Part shown: piece after piece, positions 8,830 to 15,340 of the stretch
How positions within the stretch are numbered: the stretch's first letter is position 1
How the letters are laid out: each line of letters begins with the position of its first letter
DNA from: a virus
Lineage: Duplodnaviria; Heunggongvirae; Uroviricota; Caudoviricetes
Strand: one strand, 5' to 3'
IMG/VR virus record: IMGVR_UViG_3300044765_000092
Span: 222,679 to 238,018 of that record
DNA length: 15,340 nt
The notes under the pieces: model-generated
Told to the model about the DNA's origin: nothing
Databases searched by the model: none
Seen by the model: only the letters and a program-made list of their open reading frames with translations
Translations under genes and position numbers: made by a program

Positions 8830-11800
8830 ATGCTTTTTCAGATCACAAGCCAAGGTCGCGCTATGCTCGACGCGAACCCAACTAGTCTGCACATCACGCA
8901 GATCAAGTTTGGTTCCGCATTCGGATATACTCTGCCGGTTAATCCAACAGGTTTGACCGGTTCGGTAGTTTATACGATCAACACGGACATTCTTCCGTTG
9001 GTCGTCGATCCGAATACGCTGCGCTACACACAGATTTTGGATACGACCATTGGTCCGTTCCAGTTCGGTGAGTGCGCGTTCTACGCAGGCTCTACACTGT
9101 TTGCTGTTGGCGTCAGCGGCTCTCTTATCTCCAAAGTAGCCGACAGTCAACAAGGTCCAGGCAATGTCTACCGGCTGGATCTGTTTACTGATGCAATCCC
9201 TGGGCAGCGTTATGCAGTGGCTGAACTCGGGACTAACGCTCAGGGTAGTTTCCCTCGCGTTCCGGTCCCTGACCTGCTGACACCTCCAGCACTGAACGAC
9301 AACAATGCCTATATCATCTACGGTCTGACGCAGAACGACATTCCGTACATGGCGTTTGCTGATCCTACTGGCAAGTGGTCGTTCACGACCAAGCCAGTGG
9401 TGGCTTATACCGGAACGGTGGCGAGTACCGGCAGTTACGGCCTGTTGGCCGATGCGATTTCTGGTTCGTTTGACGGCGACATCACGCAGTGCGTTCTGCA
9501 ATTCACTTCTGGTGACTTGCGTGGATACTGCCGTCAGATCGTATCGTTCAGTTCGCCAAAGAGCTGGGGGTGGAACACACCGCTCCCGATTCTGCCGGCC
9601 GTTGGTGACCAATTCATCATCAACGCACCTGCCACCAGTGGATATGGTGGCTCGTCGTCGGTGAGCAGTGTTCCGGCCGACATGCCATATGCGTTGTGGC
9701 GTTCGGACCCAGGACCTGCCACCGATCTTGACTATGTGGCGAACGACCCAGAGGAACCCACGGACCCGAATGCTCCGTATGGTTTCCACATCGCTTCGGT
9801 GTCGACGGCGCCTACTCTCCAGGATGGTGACCACGGTCTCGAACACGGCGTCTTTGACGCAACGTACAACGGCTACTACCAATACGCGGATCAGTTCCTG
9901 CTCAAGCCGGACAACGACGGCCTGTACGCGATCGAAGCGGCTATTCAGGGCAACCTGATGTCGCGATCTGGCGAGATTGCTTCGAACACGGTTGACGAGT
10001 ACACGATGACCTATCACGTGTGCCCGATCGTGCCGGCTGGCAGTAATTCGGAAATTGACTACATCAATCCGGTTGCTGTCTTTAGCACTACTCGCCGTTG
10101 CTACCGTGACAATGGTTCTTATGTGTCGTTTGACGCGACGACCGTCACTCGCTTGACGGGTGGCACTACCTACGCCATCCTGATCAAGCACGATCTGGGT
10201 AATCGGCCGAGTGATCCAGCGAACGAGAACAAGCTGTCGGTTACGAACACCCAAGTCCGAGTCTCTAGGCTCGTCGGCTTTAGTGCCACGGGGCTTGTGT
10301 CTGGAATCATCGACAGTGGTTCAGGTGGTGGCAGCAACGGTACTACCCAGGAAATCACTGACCTGACTCAACGTGTTACTGCGCTGGAAACTGAACTAAC
10401 CTCTAATCTGGTTACGCTCAGCTACCTGCAGAACACGTCGGTACCGTCGATTCAAAACACGGCACAGAACGCACAGACTGCAGTTCTGCAGGAAATCAAT
10501 GATCGCACAGCCGATGTCAATGCCCTGCAAGGATCGATCAACGACCTGATCACGCAGGGGAACGATTACAACACACGAATCAACGATAACGCAACGGCGA
10601 TCGTTAATCTGGGTGATAGTGTTAATCAGGATGTTGCCACTCTCAATGCTAGCCTGACCTCGATCGACACTGCACGGGCCGATGGGGATGCAGCCTTGGC
10701 AGGGCAGATTACGACCCTGACGGCCACGGTCAACAGCAATCAGCAGAATCTATCGTCTCAATTGACGACTGAGTCTGCTACTCGTGCGAGCGCGGATTCT
10801 GCTCTGTCGACGCAGATCACGACTCTGTCCACCACGGTCACCAACAACTACAGCTCGCTTAACTCTGCTATCCAGCAGGTTGATGCTACGCACACGACAG
10901 CTGAGTCGACGCTCGCCACACAGATCAATAATCTGACGTCGACGGTCAACACCAATAACACGAATCTGCAGTCGTCGATCAATTCGCTGAGTCAGACTCA
11001 AACCACAAACTACAACTCGCTCAGTGACCAGATCACGACTCTGACTTCGACGGTAGCTAACGACCAAACGGCGTTGACTGCAGCGATTAATAGTGAGGCC
11101 AGCACTCGTGCGACGGCCGACTCGGCTAACGCAGCGCAGACTGCTCTGGTTCAAGCACAGTTGCAGACTGAGAACTTGGTCTTCAACCCGATGTTCCAGC
11201 CTGCTGGCGGTGGCTGGCCGTCTGGCACGTTCTATTCGGCAACCGATGCTGCTGTTCCGATCGGAGCTCCTAGTGGCTATGTGTTGTATAGCAACAGTGC
11301 GAACTGCTGGTCCGGTGGTACGAGCATCACAACTGGAACTCGGAGTCCGGTGACTCCTAGTGATACGCTTGAACTCGAAGTCTGGGTAGGGATCAAGACC
11401 ACATTTACGGAGAATGCTGGTCTCCAGATCGGTTACCTGTCTCAGACGGGTACTGATCTTGGTGTTCCAACGTACACAACATTGTCGGTTCCGGGTTCGG
11501 CGGCTGGCTGGCAGAAACTGTCGATCACGGTAACGATCCCAAGCAACGCCTACTTCATTGTTCCAAACCTCTGGATCAGTAAGTCTGGTGGATCGACTGC
11601 TGCGTGCTTCTTTGCTCTGCCGTCGGTACGTCGCCAATCCGGGGCGATGGCGTCGGTTCAACAACAGTTGACTTCCGCAGTTGATTCGTCGGGCACGGCC
11701 ATCAGCCAGTACACGATCAAGACCTACGCTCGATCGACTGATGGTAAGTTGGCGATCGCTGGTATCGGTCTTGCATCCCAGGCGTCAGATCAGACAGGCG

Positions 11801-14800
11801 TTGCTCAGTCGGAGATCATTCTCGAGGCTAATCGGCTGCTTCTGACTTCGCCTAACACGCTGGAAGGAACAACCACTCCACTGCTAGTCGCTGGTCAGGT
11901 CAACGGTGTCAACACTGTAGTCATTCCATCGACAATCATTGGTGACCAGACGGTTGGAGCACAGGTTCTGATCGATGGTGCAGTCACCACTCGCTCGATT
12001 GCTACAGGGGCTGTGACCGCGACCCAATTGGCGGCCGACAGCGTGAACGCTGGATCGCTCAGTGTCTTGCCCTCAGGCGGTGCTGGGAACTTGGTTCAGA
12101 ACGGGTTGGACCGAGATTCTAGCGGCTGGTCAAGCGTTGAAGGGGCCAATAACGCTACTTGGCAAACTGCTACAGGCTCGCTTCCGGGTTGTTTGCAATT
12201 CAATCCAGGATCGGGTAGCGGTGGCTACGGCTTCAAGGCATTCCCGATCACTGCGGGTGAAACCTATCTAGTTCGTCTGCGATTCACACGTGGATCGGGT
12301 ACTTCTGGTACGATGACCATTCGTATCAACTGGTCAGCGAGCATGCCCAGCGGTGGATACGTGACCTCGACGAACAAGACGTCGAGTAGCGATGTTACGA
12401 CCTTGACGCTCAGTACCTACACGGCGGGTAGTCAACAACTCTACGAAGGAACGGTAATCGCACCTACGGGTGTCAACTTTGCGACGTTTGAAGTCTACTT
12501 CAACGCCACGGGTGCGTCAGCCACAGCCAGCTTCTGGGGTCCTGAGTTCATCACGTTCCAATCAGGTGTGTTCATCAAGAATGGAACGATTACTGCTCAA
12601 CAGATCGACAGCCGGGGCCTCAGCATCAAGGACGCAAGCGGCAACGTGATCCTGGCGGCAGGTACTCCGTTGTCGAGCTCGAACATCAACCCCTCGTCGG
12701 GTTGGCTGAACAGCAATATCACGTTGTCGTCGAGTGGTGCGCTCAACGGCGCTGGTGGAGGTCAGGTATCACTTTCAGGTCTGGGCCAACACGTATTTCG
12801 TGTTGTATCTTGTGGCAACAACGCGACTACTTCTGTACCAGTATCTCCTGGTCTATACAAAGACGGCTCACAAGCCTATGGTGCAGTACGAAGCTACAAC
12901 ATGGCACGAATCCGTCGTTCAGACGCGACGGTAACATTCCAACAGACGTACGACGTGTTTGGCAATGGTGCGACGACCAGTGGTCGTAACTCTGCAACTC
13001 TAGCGGCCGACCTCAACGCCACTGGTGCTGATTCTATTGTCGTCGTCTGGACCTACGACGAGCCACAGGCAAATCGCTTGACCAACGGTCTCGATACTGC
13101 GATGTATCGTTGTGGTGCCAGCCCCGCGTGCTTTGGCAGCCCTCAGTTCCAGTATCGTGGTGCATACATCCTTATCGGTATTCCAGGTGTTGGTCAGGGT
13201 AACGGTGTCGAAGCCTATCAAGGTAGTATAGCTGCTGACCCAAATGCGTGGTGTGATGTTTCGTTCGGCGTCACGTCGGGCACGATCAGTGGGGTGAGTG
13301 CTGGATACACCCCGCGCTCGCTCGGTGATTTCAGCTACACAGGCGACCTGAACGCCACCTATGGAGCCCATGTCGGCACTACGCTGCTTGACTCCTACGG
13401 TAATGTCGTTCCAACTGGCTTGGTCCAGAACAATTTGGTCGATGCGTCGTGGTGGCAAGTAGGTGTCAGCCCTACTCCGCGATGGGCAAGCAATCAAAAC
13501 GGTGGATCAGACTCGTTTGCTAACGGCACTGGCTGGAGTGGTGAATCCGGTGTTTTCTGGCGTGCAGTACAAGGACCGGCTGGTAACAATGGCGGTGGTT
13601 GGAATCCTGGCCCTTCGGGTAACGGTAACTGGTTCCCAGTCGATACGACAAAGACCTATCGGTTTATCTGTCCGATTTATCCTGGTCCATCGACTCACAT
13701 GTATTGGGGGATATCAGGTAACACAGTCTGTGATCTTAATACGAGCAACTTGAACGGGAATCCCTACTTCGCCAATGAGAGTGGCGCTAGTCTAGGCCCA
13801 AATAAGTGGTACCTCCTCGTCGGTTATGTGTTTCCGGCTGGATCAACGACTAACGCACATAGTGGCGCTGGTATTTATGATCTATCGACTGGGGCGCTTC
13901 GTGAAGGCGGCTTGAATTACTGCTGGGCAGCTGGAACACAGAATAGTGGGACCCGCGCCTATCAATTCTATGCCAATAGCGGGGAAGTGTGCTGGTTCGG
14001 CAAGCCGATGGTTCATGTAGTCAACGGCTCGGAACCGACCCTGGATTCGATTCTGTCGTCGGGTTCGATCAGTGCTCGCAACTCGATTAACAGTGGAAAC
14101 GCGTCGACATACATTGCCAATGCTGCAATTCAGTCGGCGATGATCCAGGACTTGCGGACTGCCAACTACTCGGAGGATGGGTCAGGCAATCCAACAGCCG
14201 GTGCAAAACTGTCGTCTACCGGCACAGCCATCAAGGTGGCGAGCGGTAGCTTCCAGCTAGGCACTGTGATCTTCACCGACTATTGGGCACGTCTGGTTCA
14301 GGGTCTGGATGGTGGTTCGGGTCTCCCAATTATCATCCGAGGCAACATCGACACCAGTGTCCGTGGTGGTGCCCCGAACATCGCATGCTTGTCCGTCTAC
14401 ACGTGGGAATCGCAGGTTCTAAACAGCAACTTCCAGCAGGTCTACCACAAGTTCACTATCACACCGTCCACGTACACAACGTACTCGGACAATGTGGACT
14501 TGATGACTCAGATCCACGCACAGTTCTTCCAAGGTACAGCGTATAGCTCTCCGTTCACGGAGTTCTACCTACCGTGCCCAAGTCGAACATACGACCGTGT
14601 TGCTGGTCAAGTTAACGGAGCGTGGCATTGGGGTTGGCGATTCCAACTCACTGGTGGCGGCGCCGTGGGTCCAGGTGTTCAGCTCGAAAACAATAACCAG
14701 TACAGCGGCTACCTACGCATTCGTATCGCTAATGTGTATGGTTGGTCGGCTACCCAAGACTTTGGGCCGAACCCGAACCGTGGCGGACAACTACCATACG

Positions 14801-15270
14801 CGACAATCACTGGTTCCTCGGGTTCTTCTGGTGGTGGCGGTGGTTCGTCTGGTGGTGCGTGCCCTGCTCCATGGGTGAAGATCAAGCTGATCAATGGCAC
14901 ATATGTTGAAGCTGACAACATCTACAACGGCGCCGTGGTTGCGGCGGTGAACGATACAACCCTTGAACCAATCCCAGAAGGTGGTGTGATCGAACATGTG
15001 AATCGCATCTGGAGCCCCCGTTGGCGAATCACACTCACTGATGGCACGGCCACTGAATGGTCGGAGAATCACCGAATTGCAGTTGTCAATAGCGGATGGG
15101 TTGCCGTGCAGGATATCTGCCCCGGTGACCAGCTAGTGGCCCAAAAAGAGGCGATTGTCCAATCAGTAGTGTTTGTCGGCGATGGGCAGGTTATCAGCTT
15201 CCTTGTCAAGGGTGCTGGTACCTACTTTGGTGACGATCTGCTGTGCCACAACACGAAGATGCTTCCGTAA
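8830..15270 (+). CDS. Giant multidomain tail fibre / host-specificity protein with C-terminal Hint (intein-like) domain, 2146 aa
   Basis: N-terminal anchor paralogous to 7407..8777. Coiled-coil shaft. SQYTIK....G..AIAGIGLA.......QSEIILEANR resembles DUF1983/lambda J C-terminal region. CBM-like NL..NP.F/W modules, an ILEI-like domain and a terminal Hint domain. Confidence 0.88.
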   Translation: MLFQITSQGRAMLDANPTSLHITQIKFGSAFGYTLPVNPTGLTGSVVYTINTDILPLVVDPNTLRYTQILDTTIGPFQFGECAFYAGSTLFAVGVSGSLISKVADSQQGPGNVYRLDLFTDAIPGQRYAVAELGTNAQGSFPRVPVPDLLTPPALNDNNAYIIYGLTQNDIPYMAFADPTGKWSFTTKPVVAYTGTVASTGSYGLLADAISGSFDGDITQCVLQFTSGDLRGYCRQIVSFSSPKSWGWNTPLPILPAVGDQFIINAPATSGYGGSSSVSSVPADMPYALWRSDPGPATDLDYVANDPEEPTDPNAPYGFHIASVSTAPTLQDGDHGLEHGVFDATYNGYYQYADQFLLKPDNDGLYAIEAAIQGNLMSRSGEIASNTVDEYTMTYHVCPIVPAGSNSEIDYINPVAVFSTTRRCYRDNGSYVSFDATTVTRLTGGTTYAILIKHDLGNRPSDPANENKLSVTNTQVRVSRLVGFSATGLVSGIIDSGSGGGSNGTTQEITDLTQRVTALETELTSNLVTLSYLQNTSVPSIQNTAQNAQTAVLQEINDRTADVNALQGSINDLITQGNDYNTRINDNATAIVNLGDSVNQDVATLNASLTSIDTARADGDAALAGQITTLTATVNSNQQNLSSQLTTESATRASADSALSTQITTLSTTVTNNYSSLNSAIQQVDATHTTAESTLATQINNLTSTVNTNNTNLQSSINSLSQTQTTNYNSLSDQITTLTSTVANDQTALTAAINSEASTRATADSANAAQTALVQAQLQTENLVFNPMFQPAGGGWPSGTFYSATDAAVPIGAPSGYVLYSNSANCWSGGTSITTGTRSPVTPSDTLELEVWVGIKTTFTENAGLQIGYLSQTGTDLGVPTYTTLSVPGSAAGWQKLSITVTIPSNAYFIVPNLWISKSGGSTAACFFALPSVRRQSGAMASVQQQLTSAVDSSGTAISQYTIKTYARSTDGKLAIAGIGLASQASDQTGVAQSEIILEANRLLLTSPNTLEGTTTPLLVAGQVNGVNTVVIPSTIIGDQTVGAQVLIDGAVTTRSIATGAVTATQLAADSVNAGSLSVLPSGGAGNLVQNGLDRDSSGWSSVEGANNATWQTATGSLPGCLQFNPGSGSGGYGFKAFPITAGETYLVRLRFTRGSGTSGTMTIRINWSASMPSGGYVTSTNKTSSSDVTTLTLSTYTAGSQQLYEGTVIAPTGVNFATFEVYFNATGASATASFWGPEFITFQSGVFIKNGTITAQQIDSRGLSIKDASGNVILAAGTPLSSSNINPSSGWLNSNITLSSSGALNGAGGGQVSLSGLGQHVFRVVSCGNNATTSVPVSPGLYKDGSQAYGAVRSYNMARIRRSDATVTFQQTYDVFGNGATTSGRNSATLAADLNATGADSIVVVWTYDEPQANRLTNGLDTAMYRCGASPACFGSPQFQYRGAYILIGIPGVGQGNGVEAYQGSIAADPNAWCDVSFGVTSGTISGVSAGYTPRSLGDFSYTGDLNATYGAHVGTTLLDSYGNVVPTGLVQNNLVDASWWQVGVSPTPRWASNQNGGSDSFANGTGWSGESGVFWRAVQGPAGNNGGGWNPGPSGNGNWFPVDTTKTYRFICPIYPGPSTHMYWGISGNTVCDLNTSNLNGNPYFANESGASLGPNKWYLLVGYVFPAGSTTNAHSGAGIYDLSTGALREGGLNYCWAAGTQNSGTRAYQFYANSGEVCWFGKPMVHVVNGSEPTLDSILSSGSISARNSINSGNASTYIANAAIQSAMIQDLRTANYSEDGSGNPTAGAKLSSTGTAIKVASGSFQLGTVIFTDYWARLVQGLDGGSGLPIIIRGNIDTSVRGGAPNIACLSVYTWESQVLNSNFQQVYHKFTITPSTYTTYSDNVDLMTQIHAQFFQGTAYSSPFTEFYLPCPSRTYDRVAGQVNGAWHWGWRFQLTGGGAVGPGVQLENNNQYSGYLRIRIANVYGWSATQDFGPNPNRGGQLPYATITGSSGSSGGGGGSSGGACPAPWVKIKLINGTYVEADNIYNGAVVAAVNDTTLEPIPEGGVIEHVNRIWSPRWRITLTDGTATEWSENHRIAVVNSGWVAVQDICPGDQLVAQKEAIVQSVVFVGDGQVISFLVKGAGTYFGDDLLCHNTKMLP
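10675..11106 (+). repeat. Four tandem 108-nt (36-aa) degenerate coiled-coil repeats in the giant fibre, plus a partial fifth from 11107
   Basis: Units begin at 10675, 10783, 10891 and 10999, each with Q-I-[TN]-[TN]-L-[TS]-x-T-V at the same offset (QITTLTATV, QITTLSTTV, QINNLTSTV, QITTLTSTV). RAxxD recurs at the start of units 1, 2 and 5. Confidence 0.9.
14860..15252 (+). other. Hint (intein-like / BIL-type) domain, residues C2011-N2141 of the giant fibre, with no homing endonuclease
   Basis: Block A CPAPWVKIKLINGTYVEADNIYNGAVV, block B TEWSENHRI, GWVAVQDICPGDQLV, block F/G VISFLVKGAGTYFGDDLLCHN, followed by T. Confidence 0.88.
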
Positions 15271-15277
15271 TATCAGC

Positions 15278-15327
15278 GGGGTGGGGGGGGGGGCCCCCCC
15301 CCCCCCCCCCCACCAAAAAAACCCCCA
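15278..15327. other. Low-complexity G/C homopolymer tract with inverted symmetry at the window end
   Basis: GGGGT, G11, C18, ACC, A7, then C5. GGT-G11 is the reverse complement of C11-ACC. Could be a distorted hairpin or a low-quality contig end. Confidence 0.5.
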
Positions 15328-15340
15328 CAAAGGACGTAAA

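Larger units (their letters stand above)
1..15270 (+). mobile_element. Phage contractile-tail baseplate and tail-fibre morphogenesis module (myovirus-type; phage genome or prophage)
   Basis: Ten complete, tightly packed co-directional ORFs with 3-52 nt gaps or TAATG/ATGA overlaps. Order follows the conserved contractile-injection scheme: tube initiator, LysM/gp53, hub, spike, gp25, gp6/J, gpI/gp7, fibres. Sheath, tube and capsid genes are not in the window, so a phage-derived contractile system cannot be formally excluded. Confidence 0.9.

Noticed and set aside
3770-8830. Weak or absent Shine-Dalgarno motifs before several genes, suggesting an unusual initiation mode
   Set aside because: Other genes have AGGA/AGGGGT-like sites, and most weak ones are adjacent to or overlap an upstream stop, which ordinary translational coupling explains.
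8779-10254. 491-aa minus-strand ORF antisense to the giant fibre
   Set aside because: It is in exact codon register with the sense gene, so it stays open whenever TTA/CTA/TCA codons are absent on the sense strand. The product is Arg/Val-rich with no recognisable motif. Shadow ORF.
10750-11664. 304-aa minus-strand ORF
   Set aside because: Same in-register antisense shadow, over the repeat and first CBM-like region. Arg-rich, no motifs.
12780-14100. Apparently lower GC in the distal fibre, suggesting recent module acquisition
   Set aside because: Based on spot counts of three 60-nt lines only (29/60 and 27/60 vs 34/60 proximally). A sliding-window GC3 analysis would be needed.
14160-14811. 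Possible diversity-generating retroelement variable region at the fibre tip
   Set aside because: No second copy (template repeat) and no reverse transcriptase in the window.
507-15072. The other short ORFs (60-165 aa) on both strands in the ORF track
   Set aside because: All lie within or largely overlap longer ORFs that have recognisable structural-protein motifs. None shows family motifs of its own.
14860-15252. Reading the Hint domain as a mobile homing intein or a pretoxin-Hint
   Set aside because: At 131 aa it has no room for an endonuclease, it is not inside a conserved enzyme motif, and only TKMLP follows before the stop, so there is no toxin domain.

Overview
The window is a compact, all plus-strand contractile-tail (myovirus-type) baseplate and fibre operon, most likely from a large tailed phage. 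Gene order: 3' end of an upstream gene, a lytic transglycosylase (SLT) protein, a tube-initiator-like protein (gp48/gp54 class), a LysM/gp53-like wedge protein, a putative hub, a gp5/gpV-type spike, gp25-like, gp6/gpJ-like and gpI/gp7-like wedge proteins, a 456-aa collar-domain fibre and a 2146-aa multidomain fibre. The giant fibre is the most unusual element. It has a baseplate anchor paralogous to that of the small fibre, a 4 x 36-aa coiled-coil repeat, a lambda-J/DUF1983-like segment, several carbohydrate-binding-like modules and an ILEI/PANDER-like domain. It ends in a Gly/Ser linker, an apparently intact Hint (intein-like) domain (Cys1 ... SENH ... His-Asn, +1 Thr) and only five further residues. 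All family assignments come from motif recognition by eye; no database searches were run. No RNA genes, CRISPR arrays or transposases were seen. The last ~60 nt are G/C homopolymer runs that may be an assembly artefact.
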